A DNA stretch of 64,000 nt from Phenylobacterium sp. (GCF_030693405.1 NZ_JAUYAW010000052.1:13590-77589); one strand, 5' to 3'. Numbered from the stretch's first letter, positions 36,255-48,148 are shown. Notes: generated by a model not told the origin, from the sequence alone. A program made the numbers and translations.

Positions 36255-37109
36255 TCAGCGGAACAGGAGCACCGGAACCTTGCCGGTCCGCACCATGGCC
36301 GTCGTGGTGGAGCCGACGAACAGCTCGCGGATGCGCGACTGCCCATAGGCGCCCATGACCAATAGGTCCCCCTGGCCCTGGCGGAGCTCGCCCTTGAGCG
36401 CGCCTTCGACATCGCCAGCCAGGGTCTTGATCACAGCCTCCGCCCGACCCGCCAGCAGGCCCTCGGCGGTCTGAACGCGGGCGTTCCGCTGGGGACCAGG
36501 ATCTCCGACGATCACCACGATGACCTCCAGGCCGGCGAAGGCCTGGCTTGCCAGCACATGGGTGAGGGCCTTGGTGGCGCTGGCGCCGCCGTCAAAGGCG
36601 ACCACGGCGCGGGTGATGGGCATGAAGACCCGGGGCGCCACCAGGACTGGCCGCACACTGCCGCGCACCACCCGCTCGACCTTGGCGCCCAGGCGGCCCT
36701 CCTCGAAATTGCGGCCCTCGCCACGCTTGCCGATGATCACCAGGTCGAAATCGGCCTCCAGCTCGATGATGGTCTGGGCGACTTCGCCATGCCGGTGAAT
36801 CAGCCCCACCTCGGCCACCCCGGCCTCTGTCAGGCGCCGGGCGGCGCCCTCCAGCATGGCCCGGCCGTGGGCCTGGGCGGCCTGGGCCCTGGCCTCGTCG
36901 GCCTTGGTCAGCTGTTCCAGCAGAACCTCGCTGGCGCCCAGGCCGACGCTGCCGGACAGGTCGAGACCGGCCCCGGCGGCGGTCTCATCGCGGTCGAGGA
37001 CGTGGAGAACGTCCACGCTGGCGCCCAGGCGGGTGGCGAACCAGGCGGCATGGTCACAGAGGCTGGGGCCGTAGGTCGAGGCGTCGATAGCGCAAAGCAG
37101 TTTGGGCAT
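36255..37109 (-). CDS. Universal stress protein (tandem USP domains)
   Basis: LCAIDASTYG, LVIIGKRGE, LGAKVERVVR and LVMGAYGQSRIRELFVGSTT motifs. Confidence 0.9.
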   Translation of the reverse strand: MPKLLCAIDASTYGPSLCDHAAWFATRLGASVDVLHVLDRDETAAGAGLDLSGSVGLGASEVLLEQLTKADEARAQAAQAHGRAMLEGAARRLTEAGVAEVGLIHRHGEVAQTIIELEADFDLVIIGKRGEGRNFEEGRLGAKVERVVRGSVRPVLVAPRVFMPITRAVVAFDGGASATKALTHVLASQAFAGLEVIVVIVGDPGPQRNARVQTAEGLLAGRAEAVIKTLAGDVEGALKGELRQGQGDLLVMGAYGQSRIRELFVGSTTTAMVRTGKVPVLLFR

Positions 37110-37122
37110 GGGCTGTTCCTCC

Positions 37123-38607
37123 TCAGTGGGCGCCGAGTTGCATCTCGGCGCCGTCCTTGTCGTGCCGGCCGAAGCGATCGACCATGGTGGCGCTGGCGGC
37201 GTTCAGGCCGATCACCTCCACCTGCGCGCCCTCCCGGCGGAACTTGAGCACCGCCCGGTCCAGGGCGCCCACGGCGGAAATGTCCCAGAAGTGCGCCTGG
37301 GAGACGTCGATCACCACGTTTTCGATCACCTCCTTGAAGTCGAAGGCGGCCGAGAATGTGTCGGCGGAGGCGAAGAAGATCTGCCCCTGGACATTGTAGG
37401 TGCGGGTTCGGCCGTCTTCGCTGAGGGTGCTCTGAACGGCCACGATCCGGGCCACCTTGCGGGCGAAGAAGATGCCGCTGAGCAGCACGCCCACCAGTAC
37501 CCCGCGGGCCAGGTCATGGGTGGCGACCACGACGATCACCGTGGAGACCATGACCACGGACGAGGACCAGGGATGGCTGCGCAGATTGCGGATCGAGCCC
37601 CAGTTGAAGGTGCCGATGGCGACCATGATCATCACCGCTACCAGGGCGGCCATGGGGATCTGCGCCACCCAGGGTCCAAGCACGACGATCAGGAACAGCA
37701 GGAAGGACCCCGCAACCAGGGCTGATAGCCGGCCGCGGCCGCCGGATTTCACATTGATCACGGACTGGCCGATCATGGCGCAGCCGCCCATGCCGCCGAG
37801 GAAGCCGGTGGCGAAATTGGCGATCCCCTGGCCGCGGCACTCTCGGTTCTTGTCCGAGCCGGTGTCGGTCAGGTCATCGATGATGGTGGCGGTCAGCAGG
37901 CTTTCCAGCAGGCCGACCACGGCCATGGTGGCGGCGTAGGGGAAGATGATCTGCAGGGTCTCAAGCGTCAGCGGGACCTGCGGCAGATGGAAGAAGGGGA
38001 TGCCTGTTGGCAGTTCGCCCAGGTCGCCCACGCGACGGACATCCAGGCCCATATAGATGGCCAGGCCTGAGAGCAGCACGATGGCCACCAGGGGGGAGGG
38101 GATAGCCCGGGTCAGACGGGGAAAGAGATAGATGATCCCGAGCCCTGCCGCGACCATGGCGTAGGTCTGCCAGCCCATGCCGATCAGCTCGGGCAGTTGG
38201 GCCATGAAGATCAGGATGGCCAGCGCATTGACGAAGCCTGTGATCACCGAGCGCGACACATAGCGCATCAGTCCGCCCAGGCGGGCCAGACCCGCGCCGA
38301 TCTGCAGAACCCCCATCAGCACCGTGGCGGCGAACAGATATTCCACCCCATGGTCGCGGACGAGGTCGCCGATCAATAGGGCGATGGCCGCGGTGGCGGC
38401 CGAGATCATGCCGGGGCGACCGCCGGTGAAGGCGATGATCACGGCGATGGAGAATGAGGCGTAGAGGCCGACCCGGGGGTCGACCCCGGCGATCACCGAA
38501 AAGCCGATGGCCTCCGGGATCAGGGCCAGGGCCACCACGATGCCGGCCAGGACGTCGCCGCGCACATTGGACAGCCAATCGCGCCTCAGAGTAGCGAGCA
38601 GATTCAT
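37123..38607 (-). CDS. SulP-family inorganic anion transporter with STAS domain
   Basis: [30 protein letters not shown] and [12 protein letters not shown] motifs; STAS segment FWDISAV. Confidence 0.92.
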   Translation of the reverse strand: MNLLATLRRDWLSNVRGDVLAGIVVALALIPEAIGFSVIAGVDPRVGLYASFSIAVIIAFTGGRPGMISAATAAIALLIGDLVRDHGVEYLFAATVLMGVLQIGAGLARLGGLMRYVSRSVITGFVNALAILIFMAQLPELIGMGWQTYAMVAAGLGIIYLFPRLTRAIPSPLVAIVLLSGLAIYMGLDVRRVGDLGELPTGIPFFHLPQVPLTLETLQIIFPYAATMAVVGLLESLLTATIIDDLTDTGSDKNRECRGQGIANFATGFLGGMGGCAMIGQSVINVKSGGRGRLSALVAGSFLLFLIVVLGPWVAQIPMAALVAVMIMVAIGTFNWGSIRNLRSHPWSSSVVMVSTVIVVVATHDLARGVLVGVLLSGIFFARKVARIVAVQSTLSEDGRTRTYNVQGQIFFASADTFSAAFDFKEVIENVVIDVSQAHFWDISAVGALDRAVLKFRREGAQVEVIGLNAASATMVDRFGRHDKDGAEMQLGAH

Positions 38608-38649
38608 ATGTTCGGATTTCAGTCGTTCATCAGGCCCAGCGCGGTAGGT

Positions 38650-38725
38650 GCGTCAGGGGGCCGTTCGTTGTCCGGGGGATAGGCGCCCGGCCGAGCCACC
38701 CGGCAAGCCGGGTCCGTCGATGGGG
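38650..38725 (-). ncRNA. Candidate structured 5' leader upstream of SulP (possibly the sul1 RNA motif)
   Basis: ACCCGG-CUUG-CCGGGU hairpin (38698-38713) plus a competing GCCGGGC segment. Position upstream of an alphaproteobacterial SulP gene fits the motif as I recall it; boundaries approximate. Confidence 0.4.
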
Positions 38726-38797
38726 GCGGCTATGCCTTGCCTGGGCGAATAATGCAACCAGCAGACGCCTTCGCCAGACCGGCGCCCGGGAAAAGGC

Positions 38798-38827
38798 GAA
38801 GGCCCGCAGCGTCAACTGCGGGCCTTC
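38798..38827 (-). terminator. Hairpin immediately 3' of tRNA-Ala
   Basis: Perfect 12-bp stem GAAGGCCCGCAG / CTGCGGGCCTTC with a 6-nt loop. Confidence 0.7.
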
Positions 38828-38828
38828 A

Positions 38829-38904
38829 TGGTGGAGCTAAGCGGAGTCGAACCGCTGACCTCTTGAATGCCATTCAAGCGCTCTACCAGCTGAGCTATAG
38901 CCCC
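38829..38904 (-). tRNA. tRNA-Ala (anticodon GGC)
   Basis: Reverse complement GGGGCTATAGCTCAGCTGGTAGAGCG CTTGA-ATGGCAT-TCAAG AGGTCAGCGGTTCGACTCCGCTTAGCTCCACCA. Confidence 0.97.
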
Positions 38905-38950
38905 AGGTCCTGGGTTCTTCGGGCGGGCTTGCCCTCCCGAAGAGGCGCGG

Positions 38951-38979
38951 AACCTAGTCAAAGGTCTGGCGGCGATCAA
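38951..38979 (-). promoter_or_regulatory. Sigma70-type promoter for tRNA-Ala
   Basis: TTGATC-N17-TAGGTT on the minus strand. Confidence 0.5.
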
Positions 38980-39009
38980 GCACCATTTTCAGGGCTGATC
39001 GCCGGGACC

Positions 39010-39480
39010 TCAATCTTCGTCCGGTTCGGGGATTCCCTCGATGTCGGCGTCGTCGAAATCCTCGTCCTCTTCCTCGAGGAAGGGCACGGCTTCGTCGTCG
39101 TCGTCCTCCAGGTCGTCTTCATCGCTGAAGCCGGCCAGATCGGCGTCGGGGGACTTCTTCTTGGCGACTCGTTCGACGGGTTCGGCGTCCTCGTCCTCGT
39201 CGTCTTCGACGGCGGGGTCTTCGATTTCGTCGATTTCCGGCGCGCCGAGATCTTCTTCCTCGTCCTCGTCGTCGTCGCTACGGGCCTTGACCTGATCTTC
39301 GGCCTCGGCTTCGGGCTCAGGCGCCGGCGCGCGACCGCGGACCCGGCGGTTCTTGACCGCCTCATCCGGATCAAATTCGGTATGGCACTTGGGGCACACA
39401 GCCGGCCGCTTGGTCAGGTCGTAGAACTTGGCCTGGCAGTTTGGGCAGACCTGCTTGGCGCCCAACTCTGGATTTGCCAC
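39010..39480 (-). CDS. TIGR02300 / FYDLN_acid family protein
   Basis: LGAKQVCPNCQAKFYDLTK..VCPKC followed by a very acidic tail. Confidence 0.9.
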   Translation of the reverse strand: MANPELGAKQVCPNCQAKFYDLTKRPAVCPKCHTEFDPDEAVKNRRVRGRAPAPEPEAEAEDQVKARSDDDEDEEEDLGAPEIDEIEDPAVEDDEDEDAEPVERVAKKKSPDADLAGFSDEDDLEDDDDEAVPFLEEEDEDFDDADIEGIPEPDED

Positions 39481-39593
39481 GTGGGCGATCCCCTAAAGAG
39501 CGGTTTGACAGAAGCCGGCTCCCTTGCCACGGGCCAGGGCGGCTGTCAAAAGCAAAGCCCCTCGGACAAACCCAAGGCCTTTAGGAGGCGTCC

Positions 39594-40946
39594 ATTTCCA
39601 TCACGGCGGCTGGACTGACCGCGACCCGCGGCGGCCCGCTGCGGGGCCGTGTGCGCGCTCCCGGCGACAAGTCCATTTCCCATCGCGCCCTGATCCTCGG
39701 CGCCATGGCCAGCGGAACCACGGAAATCACCGGCCTGCTTGAGGGCGAGGACGTCAAACGCACGGCGGGCGCCATGGCCGCCTTCGGCGCGCGGGTCGAA
39801 CGCCTGGGCGAAGGTCGCTGGCGCGTTGAAGGTCGGGGCGGCTTCTCCGAGCCCCTCGACGTGATCGACTGCGGCAACGCCGGCACCGGCGTGCGGCTGA
39901 TCATGGGGGCGGCGGCCGGCTTTGACCTCAGCGCCACCTTCACCGGCGACGCCTCCCTGCGTGGCCGACCCATGAACCGGGTGCTCAAGCCGCTCGGCGA
40001 GATGGGGGCGAGCTGGATCGCCCGGTCGGGCGGGCGCCTGCCGCTCACCCTGCGCGGCGGCGGGTTGAAACACACGGCCTATCGTCTGCCTGAGCCCTCG
40101 GCCCAGGTGAAGTCCGCGGTCCTGCTGGCCGGACTACACGCTGCGGGCGGGGCCGAGGTGATCGAGCCCGAGGCGACCCGCGACCATACCGAGCGGATGC
40201 TGCGGGCCTTCGGGGCGCAGGTGGAGATTGCGCCCATGGCCGACGGCGCCCGGCGCATCATCGTGCCCGGCGGCCAGGCGCTCAGCGGAACAGAGGTGGT
40301 GGTGCCGGGTGATCCGTCCTCGGCCGCCTTCCCGCTGGTGGCGGCCCTGATCACGCCGGGCTCGGAGGTGACGGTGGAGGGCGTGCTGCTCAACCCCCTG
40401 CGCGCGGCTCTGTTCACGACGCTGCAGGAAATGGGCGCCGACCTGGTCATCACCAATGTCCGCGAGGAGGGCGGCGACCAGGTGGGTGACGTCACCGCCC
40501 GACACTCGGCCCTGCGCGGCGTCGTGGCGCCCCCGGAGCGGGCGGCGGCCATGATCGATGAGTATCCCATCCTCGCCATTGCTGCGGCCTTCGCTGAGGG
40601 GCCGACCATCATGCGCGGCATCGGCGAGATGCGGGTCAAGGAGAGCGACCGGATCGCCCTGACGGCGGCGGGCCTGGCCGCCTGCGGCGTCGGCGTGGAG
40701 GAAGAGCCCGAGGGTCTGATCGTCAACGGCACGGTGCGGGCCAACCATCCGGTGGCGGGCGGGGGTCGGGTGACCACCCACGGGGATCACCGGATCGCCA
40801 TGGCGCATCTGGTCCTGGGCCTGGCGGCCGAGGCTCCGGTGAGCGTGGATGAACCGGGCATGATCGCCACCAGCTTCCCGGGCTTCGTCGAGATGATGAC
40901 CGGCCTGGGCGGACAGATTCAGGCCACGGAGCTGCAGCCCGCATGA
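39594..40946 (+). CDS. aroA: 3-phosphoshikimate 1-carboxyvinyltransferase (EPSP synthase); start codon uncertain (ATT 39594, ATC 39600, CTG 39615 or GTG 39651)
   Basis: [49 protein letters not shown] and DHRIAM motifs. Confidence 0.95.
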   Translation: MSITAAGLTATRGGPLRGRVRAPGDKSISHRALILGAMASGTTEITGLLEGEDVKRTAGAMAAFGARVERLGEGRWRVEGRGGFSEPLDVIDCGNAGTGVRLIMGAAAGFDLSATFTGDASLRGRPMNRVLKPLGEMGASWIARSGGRLPLTLRGGGLKHTAYRLPEPSAQVKSAVLLAGLHAAGGAEVIEPEATRDHTERMLRAFGAQVEIAPMADGARRIIVPGGQALSGTEVVVPGDPSSAAFPLVAALITPGSEVTVEGVLLNPLRAALFTTLQEMGADLVITNVREEGGDQVGDVTARHSALRGVVAPPERAAAMIDEYPILAIAAAFAEGPTIMRGIGEMRVKESDRIALTAAGLAACGVGVEEEPEGLIVNGTVRANHPVAGGGRVTTHGDHRIAMAHLVLGLAAEAPVSVDEPGMIATSFPGFVEMMTGLGGQIQATELQPA

Positions 40947-41590
40947 GCGGGGCGGGTGTGATTACGGTGGATGGGCCGGCGGCGTCGGGCAAGGGCACCA
41001 TCGCCTCGGGCCTCGGCCGGCTCTATGGCCTGCCGGTTCTGGACTCAGGCCTGCTCTACCGGGCTGTGGGCGTCCTGCTGCAGCAGGCCGGCGGCGATCT
41101 TGATGACGCCGCCGCGGCCGCCGCCGTGGCCCGCGCCATTCGGCCTGAGGCCCTGGACGATGACGCCTTCCGCACCCGCTCCGCCGGCGAGGCCGCCAGC
41201 CGGGTGGCGGTGCATCCGCAGGTCCGTCAGGTGCTGCTGGCCCTGCAGCGGGACTTCGCCGCCCAGCCGGGCGGGGCGGTGCTGGACGGGCGCGACATGG
41301 GCACGGTGATCTGCCCGAGCGCCGGGGCCAAGCTCTATGTGACCGCCCGGCCCGAGGTGCGCGCCGAGCGCCGCTGGCGCCAGCTGACGGGGCAGGGGGA
41401 GGCGGTCAGCCTGGAGGAGATCCTAGCCGATATCCGGGTGCGGGACGAACGTGACTCCGGCCGCGCGACCGCGCCCATGGCGCCGGCGCCGGACGCCGTC
41501 TTGCTGGACACCTCGGAAATGACTATAGACCAAGCCGCCGATGCGGCCCGCCGCATCGTCGAGGCGGCGCGCGCCCGCCAGGCTCCCTGA
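40943..41590 (+). CDS. cmk: Cytidylate kinase
   Basis: [35 protein letters not shown] and RDERD motifs. Confidence 0.95.
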   Translation: MSGAGVITVDGPAASGKGTIASGLGRLYGLPVLDSGLLYRAVGVLLQQAGGDLDDAAAAAAVARAIRPEALDDDAFRTRSAGEAASRVAVHPQVRQVLLALQRDFAAQPGGAVLDGRDMGTVICPSAGAKLYVTARPEVRAERRWRQLTGQGEAVSLEEILADIRVRDERDSGRATAPMAPAPDAVLLDTSEMTIDQAADAARRIVEAARARQAP

Positions 41591-41767
41591 ACCGGAAGAC
41601 TGGCCGAGCAAATCCAACCGCGCCTTTTCCTCGTACGGCTGCGGGCAAATTCATCTCGTGAGGTCCGCCTCACGTTTTCGGTTGCAACCCCTAACCTGAC
41701 GTCAGGACTCCGTCCCTGAGACCGCGCGCGGCCAGGGCGCCTGCGTCAATTCGAACGAAAGAGCACT

Positions 41768-43480
41768 ATGGCTGACGATAGGAGCCTCTCCCCCTCCCGC
41801 GACGACTTCGCCGCCCTCCTCGACGAGTCGCTCGGCGGCCGTGACTTCATGGAAGGCACCGTGGTCAAGGGCCTGGTGGTGGGCATCGAGAAGGACTTCG
41901 CCATCATCGATGTGGGCCTCAAGACCGAGGGCCGCGTCCTGCTGAAGGAATTCGGCGGCGAAGACGACTCCAAGGCCACCGTTGCGGTGGGCGACACCGT
42001 CGAGGTCTTCCTCGAGCGGGTCGAGAACGCCATGGGCGAAGCGGTCATCAGCCGCGACAAGGCCCGCCGCGAAGAAGCCTGGACCCGTCTGGAAGGGGTC
42101 TACGCCCTGAACGAGCCGGTCATGGGCTCCATCGTCGGCCGCGTGAAGGGCGGCTTCACCGTCGACCTCGGCGGCGCCTCGGCCTTCCTGCCGGGCAGCC
42201 AGGTCGATATCCGCCCGGTGCGCGACGTCGGCCCGCTGATGGGCAAGGAGCAGCCCTTCGCCATCCTCAAGATGGACCGTCCCCGCGGCAATATCGTCGT
42301 GTCCCGTCGCGCCATCCTGGAAGAAGCCCGCGCCGAACAGCGCACCGAGCTGGTGGCCCAGCTGCAGGAAGGCGAAGTCCGCGAAGGCGTGGTCAAGAAC
42401 ATCACCGATTACGGCGCGTTCGTGGACCTGGGCGGCATCGACGGCCTGCTGCACGTCACCGACATGAGCTGGAAGCGGGTCAACCATCCGAGCCAGGTTC
42501 TGGCGGTGGGCGACACCGTCAAGGTGCAGATCGTCAAGATCAACCCCGACACCCAGCGCATCTCGCTCGGCATGAAGCAGCTGCAGTCCGACCCCTGGGA
42601 CGGCGTGGAAGCCAAGTATCCCGTCGGCGCCAAGTTCACCGGCCGGATCACCAACATCACCGACTACGGCGCCTTCGTGGAGCTGGAAGCCGGGGTCGAG
42701 GGCCTGGTCCACGTGTCGGAAATGTCTTGGACCAAGAAGAACGTCCATCCGGGCAAGATCGTCTCCACCTCTCAGGAAGTGGAAGTGGTCGTCCTGGACG
42801 TCGATCCGTCGAAGCGTCGCGTGTCGCTCGGCCTGAAGCAGGCCATGGCCAACCCCTGGGACGCCTTCCTGGAAACCCATCCGGTCGGCTCCACCGTCGA
42901 GGGCGAAGTCAAGAACGCCACCGAGTTCGGCCTGTTCATCGGCCTGGACAACGACATCGACGGCATGGTGCACCTGTCCGACCTGGACTGGACCGCGCCG
43001 GGCGAGGAAGTCATCACCCGCTACCAGAAGGGCGAGATGGTCAAGGCTCAGGTCCTGGACGTCGACGTCGAGAAGGAGCGCATCTCGCTGGGCATCAAGC
43101 AGCTGGCCGGCGATCCGATGGCCGGCGACGCCTACCGCAAGGGCCAGACCGTCACCGTCACCGTCACCGAGGTCACCTCGGGCGGCATCGAGGTGCGGCT
43201 GGGCGATGATGAAGCCCCGATGACGGCCTTCATCCGCAAGTCCGACCTGTCCCGCGACCGGGCTGACCAGCGTCCCGAGCGTTTCGCCGTCGGCGACCGC
43301 GTCGATGCGCAGGTGGCCAATGTCGACAAGGGCGCCCGTCGTCTGTCCCTGTCGATCAAGGCCCTGGAAATGGCCGAGGAAAAGGAAGCCATCGAGCAGT
43401 TCGGCTCGTCGGACTCCGGCGCCTCGCTGGGCGACATCCTGGGTGCGGCCCTGCGCGAAAAGGGCCAGCCCAAGGATTGA
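41768..43480 (+). CDS. rpsA: 30S ribosomal protein S1
   Basis: Repeated S1 domains ([27 protein letters not shown] and others). Confidence 0.98.
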   Translation: MADDRSLSPSRDDFAALLDESLGGRDFMEGTVVKGLVVGIEKDFAIIDVGLKTEGRVLLKEFGGEDDSKATVAVGDTVEVFLERVENAMGEAVISRDKARREEAWTRLEGVYALNEPVMGSIVGRVKGGFTVDLGGASAFLPGSQVDIRPVRDVGPLMGKEQPFAILKMDRPRGNIVVSRRAILEEARAEQRTELVAQLQEGEVREGVVKNITDYGAFVDLGGIDGLLHVTDMSWKRVNHPSQVLAVGDTVKVQIVKINPDTQRISLGMKQLQSDPWDGVEAKYPVGAKFTGRITNITDYGAFVELEAGVEGLVHVSEMSWTKKNVHPGKIVSTSQEVEVVVLDVDPSKRRVSLGLKQAMANPWDAFLETHPVGSTVEGEVKNATEFGLFIGLDNDIDGMVHLSDLDWTAPGEEVITRYQKGEMVKAQVLDVDVEKERISLGIKQLAGDPMAGDAYRKGQTVTVTVTEVTSGGIEVRLGDDEAPMTAFIRKSDLSRDRADQRPERFAVGDRVDAQVANVDKGARRLSLSIKALEMAEEKEAIEQFGSSDSGASLGDILGAALREKGQPKD

Positions 43481-43512
43481 TCGTCCTGGCTTCAGGACAT
43501 TGATCTGAGATC

Positions 43513-43543
43513 GCCCCGTCCGGTTCGCCGGGCGGGGCTTTTT
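43513..43543 (+). terminator. Rho-independent terminator after rpsA
   Basis: GCCCCGTCCGG-TTCG-CCGGGCGGGGC-TTTTT. Confidence 0.85.
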
Positions 43544-43645
43544 CATGGCCATCGCCCCGAAAGCCCTGGGAGTGTTCCGCATACAGCCTTGAACATCCTC
43601 AGGGACTCGCCCATGGTCCCCCGCGCCGAACCTGCGGAAAGTGCG

Positions 43646-43927
43646 ATGATCAAATCCGAACTGATCGCCCGTCTGGCCGAGGAAAACCCCCACCTGACCC
43701 AGCGCGACATCGAGCGGGTGGTGGGCGTGGTCCTCGAGCAGATGATCGTGGCCCTCGAACAGGGCGGTCGCGTTGAGCTGCGGGGCTTTGGCGCCCTGTC
43801 GGTCAGGGCCCGCGACGCCCGCTCGGGTCGCAATCCGCGCACCGGCGAGCCGGTGGACGTCCGCGCCAAGCACGTCCCCTTCTTCAAGAGCGGCAAGGAA
43901 CTGCGCGAGCGCCTCAACGCCGACTGA
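43646..43927 (+). CDS. ihfB: Integration host factor beta subunit
   Basis: [26 protein letters not shown] and [14 protein letters not shown]. Confidence 0.95.
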   Translation: MIKSELIARLAEENPHLTQRDIERVVGVVLEQMIVALEQGGRVELRGFGALSVRARDARSGRNPRTGEPVDVRAKHVPFFKSGKELRERLNAD

Positions 43928-43975
43928 GCCGCGGCCCCTGCCTTTCCCTGTTCCTATGCCTGAGGATCTCCTGGC

Positions 43976-44422
43976 GTGAGCATCGTCTCAGAATTCCGCG
44001 AGTTCATTTCCCGCGGCAATGTCATCGACCTGGCGGTGGGCGTCATCATCGGCGCCTCGTTCAACTCCATCGTCAAAAGCCTGGTGGACCAGGTGATCAT
44101 GCCGCCGATCGGACTGCTTACCGGCGGGGTAGATTTCTCGAGGCTGCGGTGGGTTCTGCGCCCAGAAAACCCCGAGACGGAGGCCATCGAGCTGGTGGCT
44201 ATCCAGTACGGGGCGTTCATCAACACGGTGATCCAGTTCGTCATCGTCGCCTGGGCGGTCTTCGTGCTGGTCAAGCTGGTGAACACCATCCGCCGCAAGG
44301 AGGCCGAAAAGCCGCCTGAGGCCCAGCCGGCGCCCTCGCCCACCGAGGTGCTGCTGATGGAGATCCGCGACCAGCTCAAGGCGCAGAACGGCGTGACCGG
44401 CCAGACCCCGCCCGCGCCTTGA
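43976..44422 (+). CDS. mscL: Large-conductance mechanosensitive channel
   Basis: EFREFISRGNVIDLAVGVIIG, YGAFINTVI and LLMEIRDQLK. Confidence 0.95.
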   Translation: MSIVSEFREFISRGNVIDLAVGVIIGASFNSIVKSLVDQVIMPPIGLLTGGVDFSRLRWVLRPENPETEAIELVAIQYGAFINTVIQFVIVAWAVFVLVKLVNTIRRKEAEKPPEAQPAPSPTEVLLMEIRDQLKAQNGVTGQTPPAP

Positions 44423-44473
44423 ATCATCGCGGCGCCTTGCGGACCAGGGGGACCATCCCCTAATCGACGAGAC

Positions 44474-45124
44474 ATGAGCGCCCCCCGCATCGCCTCCAAG
44501 ATCTGCGGCCTGTCCACGCCGCAGGCGGTCACCGCCGCTTTGGACGGCCAGGCGGCCTATCTCGGCTTCATCTTTTTTCCGGCCAGCCCGCGGGATATCT
44601 CGCCAGAGGCGGCCGGCGCCCTGACCGGACCCGTGCGCGGCCAGGCCCAGGTGGTGGCCGTCAGCGTCGATCCCTCGGACGCGCTCATCGATCAGATCAT
44701 GACTCACCTGCGGCCGGACCTGATCCAGCTGCACGGGGCTGAGCCGCCGGCCCGGGTAGCGGCCATCGGCCAGCGGACGGGCGCGCGGACCATCAAGGTC
44801 ATACCGGTGTCAGAAGCCGCCGATCTGGCGGGCGTCAGCGCCTATGACAGCGCCGCCGATCATCTGATGTTCGAGGGCCGTCCGCCCAAGGAGGCGGCCC
44901 TGCCGGGCGGCGTCGGGGCCCGCTTTGACTGGACACTCCTGTCGGGACGCAGGTTTTCGCGGCCCTGGTTCCTGGCCGGCGGCCTTGACCCCTGGAACGT
45001 GGCCGAGGCCATCAGCCTGTCGGGCGCGCCCGCGGTGGACGTTTCCTCTGGTGTGGAGCGCGGTCCCGGACTAAAGGACCCGGCCTTGATCACGGCCTTT
45101 CTGGACGCCGTGCGCCGCGCATGA
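44474..45124 (+). CDS. trpF: Phosphoribosylanthranilate isomerase
   Basis: KICGL, IQLHG, WFLAGGL and VDVSSGVE motifs. Confidence 0.95.
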   Translation: MSAPRIASKICGLSTPQAVTAALDGQAAYLGFIFFPASPRDISPEAAGALTGPVRGQAQVVAVSVDPSDALIDQIMTHLRPDLIQLHGAEPPARVAAIGQRTGARTIKVIPVSEAADLAGVSAYDSAADHLMFEGRPPKEAALPGGVGARFDWTLLSGRRFSRPWFLAGGLDPWNVAEAISLSGAPAVDVSSGVERGPGLKDPALITAFLDAVRRA

Positions 45125-45152
45125 CGAGCTCTTTGCAAGGACGCGCAAGACG

Positions 45153-46394
45153 ATGAACGCCCCGACGCACCCCCAGGCGCCGCCCGCGACGCCCAACGAT
45201 TTCGCCGCCTATCCGGACGCCAACGGCCGTTTCGGCGAGTTCGGTGGCCGCTATGTGGCCGAGACTCTGATGCCGCTGGTGCTGGACCTGGAGGCCGCCT
45301 ATCTGGCCACCAAGGAAGACGCCGCCTTCCAGGCCGAGCTGAATGGCTTGCTGACCCACTATGTGGGCCGACCCTCGCCGCTCTACTTCGCCGAGCGCCT
45401 GACCGACCATTTCGGCGGGGCCAAGATCTATTTCAAGCGCGAGGACCTGAACCACACCGGCGCGCACAAGATCAACAACTGCATCGGCCAGATCCTGCTG
45501 GCCCGCCGCATGGGCAAGACCCGGATCATCGCCGAGACGGGCGCCGGTCAGCACGGGGTGGCCACAGCCACGGTCTGCGCCCGCTTTGGCCTGCCCTGCG
45601 TGGTCTATATGGGCGCCGTCGACGTCGCCCGGCAGCGTCCGAACGTCTTCCGCATGAACCTGCTGGGCGCCGAGGTCACGCCGGTGACCAGCGGCGCCTC
45701 GACGCTGAAGGACGCCATGAACGAGGCCCTGCGCGACTGGGTTACGAACGTGGAGGACACCTATTATCTGATCGGCTCGGCGGCCGGCCCGCACCCCTAT
45801 CCGATGATGGTCCGGGACTTCCAGGCGATCATGGGCCGGGAGATCCGCGAGCAGATCATCGAGGCCGAGGGCCGCCTGCCCGACGCCGTGGTCGCCTGCG
45901 TTGGCGGCGGCTCCAACGCCATCGGCACCTTCCATCCCTTCCTGAATGACGAGCAGGTCCGGATCATCGGGGTCGAGGCCGCCGGCGACGGCATGGGCAC
46001 CGACCGGCACGCCGCGGCCATCAATGGCGGCCGCCCCGGCGTGCTCCATGGCAACAAGACCTACCTGCTGCAGGACGCCGAGGGCCAGATCACCGAGGCC
46101 CACTCCATCTCGGCGGGCCTCGACTATCCCGGCATCGGTCCAGAGCACTCCTGGCTGCACGATGTGGGCCGGGCCCAGTACCTGACCTGCACCGACACCG
46201 AGGCCCTGGACGCCTTCAAGCTCTGCGCCGAGCTGGAGGGCATCATTCCGGCCCTGGAATCGGCGCACGCCATCGCGCGGCTGTCCGACATCGCCCGGGA
46301 TGTGGGCAAGGGCGGAGTCGTGGTGATGAATCTGTCGGGCCGCGGCGACAAGGACGTGGCCACCGTGGCCGACCACCTGGGACGCACCATCTGA
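45153..46394 (+). CDS. trpB: Tryptophan synthase beta chain
   Basis: [35 protein letters not shown] and NLSGRGDKD motifs. Confidence 0.98.
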   Translation: MNAPTHPQAPPATPNDFAAYPDANGRFGEFGGRYVAETLMPLVLDLEAAYLATKEDAAFQAELNGLLTHYVGRPSPLYFAERLTDHFGGAKIYFKREDLNHTGAHKINNCIGQILLARRMGKTRIIAETGAGQHGVATATVCARFGLPCVVYMGAVDVARQRPNVFRMNLLGAEVTPVTSGASTLKDAMNEALRDWVTNVEDTYYLIGSAAGPHPYPMMVRDFQAIMGREIREQIIEAEGRLPDAVVACVGGGSNAIGTFHPFLNDEQVRIIGVEAAGDGMGTDRHAAAINGGRPGVLHGNKTYLLQDAEGQITEAHSISAGLDYPGIGPEHSWLHDVGRAQYLTCTDTEALDAFKLCAELEGIIPALESAHAIARLSDIARDVGKGGVVVMNLSGRGDKDVATVADHLGRTI

Positions 46395-47224
46395 TGAAAT
46401 CCCGTATCGACGCGCGGTTTGCCGCCCTGAAAGCCGAGGATCGCGCCGCCTTCGTGGCCTATGTGATGGCTGGCGATCCGAACCGCGCCACGGCGCTGGA
46501 GATCCTCAAGGGCCTGCCCGCAGCCGGCGCCGACCTGATCGAGCTGGGCTTTCCCTTCTCCGATCCCATGGCCGAAGGCCCGCCCATCCAGAAGGCCGCC
46601 CAGCGCGCCCTGAAGGACGGCATGACCCTGAAGGGCGTCCTCGACCTGGCTGCGGAGTTCCGGCAGGGCGACGACACCACGCCGCTGATCATGATGGGCT
46701 ATCTGAATCCCCTGGTGACCTGGGGCTTTGAGGCCTTCGCCCAGGCCGCCGCGGCGGCCGGCATCGATGGGCTGATCATCGTCGACTGCCCGCCGGAGGA
46801 GGCCGATCCCCTGGCCGACGCCCTGGACGCAGCCGACATCTCCCTGATCCGGCTGGCCACGCCCACCACCGACGACAAGCGCCTGCCGGTGGTCCTGCGG
46901 CGGACCTCGGGCTTCGTCTACTACGTCTCCGTCACCGGGGTGACCGGCGCCAAGGAGGCCGACGCCGAGGCCGTGCGCCCGGCCGTGGCCCGCATCCGCG
47001 CTGCGTCTGGCCTGCCGGTGGCGGTGGGCTTCGGCATCCGCACGCCGGAGCGCGCTGGCGCCATCGCCCAGGTGGCCGACGCCGCCGTGGTCGGCTCGGC
47101 CCTGGTGGACGAGGTGGCCGAGGCTCTGGAGCGGAACGAAGACGTGACCGCCCGGGTGCTTTCCAAAGTCCAATCCCTGGCTAAGGCTGTCCGCTCAGCC
47201 CGCACCACCCCCGTTTCGGCCTAG
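46394..47224 (+). CDS. trpA: Tryptophan synthase alpha chain
   Basis: [27 protein letters not shown] and VGFGI motifs. Confidence 0.97.
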   Translation: MKSRIDARFAALKAEDRAAFVAYVMAGDPNRATALEILKGLPAAGADLIELGFPFSDPMAEGPPIQKAAQRALKDGMTLKGVLDLAAEFRQGDDTTPLIMMGYLNPLVTWGFEAFAQAAAAAGIDGLIIVDCPPEEADPLADALDAADISLIRLATPTTDDKRLPVVLRRTSGFVYYVSVTGVTGAKEADAEAVRPAVARIRAASGLPVAVGFGIRTPERAGAIAQVADAAVVGSALVDEVAEALERNEDVTARVLSKVQSLAKAVRSARTTPVSA

Positions 47225-47236
47225 ATCCCGACAGAG

Positions 47237-48148
47237 ATGGCAGATCAGAAGAACGAAAAGCCCGCCCGCCCGCAGGGGAACCAGGGCGGCTGGCTCTCCC
47301 GGATCGCCCCGGGCATCCGCAACGCCTTCGTCAAGCGCGAGACGCCGGAGAACCTCTGGGTCAAGTGCCCCGACACCGGCGAGATGATCTACCGGCCGGA
47401 CCTCGAGGCCGCCCTTTGGGTGACCCCGTCGGGCCACCACATGCGCATCGGCGCCAAGGATCGGCTGAAGATCACCTTCGATGACGGCGCGGTCGAACGC
47501 ATCGCCACCCCGCACGTCACCGAAGACCCGCTGAAATTCCCCGACGACCGGCCCTATGGGGAACGGCTGAAGGCCGCCCGCAAGGCCACCGGCGAACACG
47601 ACGCCATGGCCATCGGCGTCGGCAAGATCCAGGGCCAGGAGACCGTGGTGGTGGTCCAGGACTTCGCCTTCATGGGCGGGTCGCTGGGCATGGCGGCGGG
47701 CGAGACCTTCATCAAGGCCGCCCATGAGGCCATCGCCCGGCAATGCCCCTTCGTGATCTTCACCGCCTCGGGCGGGGCGCGGATGCAGGAGGGGACCCTG
47801 TCCCTGATGCAGATGACCCGCACCACCCTGGCGGTGAACGAGCTGCGGGCCGCCGGCCTGCCCTATGTGGTGGTGCTGACCGACCCCACGTCGGGCGGGG
47901 TGACCGCCTCCTACGCCATGCTGGGGGACGTGCATCTGGCCGAGCCGAACGCCATGATCGCCTTTTCCGGCCGCCGGGTGATCGAGCAGACCATCCGCGA
48001 AATCCTGCCGCCGGGCTTCCAGCGCTCGGAGTTCCTGGCCGAGCGCGGCATGGTCGACCGGGTCGTCAGCCGGCCCGACCTGCCGGTCATGCTGGGCTCG
48101 ATTCTCACGACCCTGATGCTGGGACGCGCCCGTTCCCGCGCCGCCTGA
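47237..48148 (+). CDS. accD: Acetyl-CoA carboxylase carboxyltransferase beta subunit
   Basis: LWVKCP, FMGGSLG, SGGARMQEG and GGVTASYAMLGD motifs. Confidence 0.96.
   Translation: MADQKNEKPARPQGNQGGWLSRIAPGIRNAFVKRETPENLWVKCPDTGEMIYRPDLEAALWVTPSGHHMRIGAKDRLKITFDDGAVERIATPHVTEDPLKFPDDRPYGERLKAARKATGEHDAMAIGVGKIQGQETVVVVQDFAFMGGSLGMAAGETFIKAAHEAIARQCPFVIFTASGGARMQEGTLSLMQMTRTTLAVNELRAAGLPYVVVLTDPTSGGVTASYAMLGDVHLAEPNAMIAFSGRRVIEQTIREILPPGFQRSEFLAERGMVDRVVSRPDLPVMLGSILTTLMLGRARSRAA

Noticed and set aside
44423-45152. Trp attenuator ahead of trpF or trpB
   Set aside because: Intergenic gaps are short and contain no Trp-codon leader.
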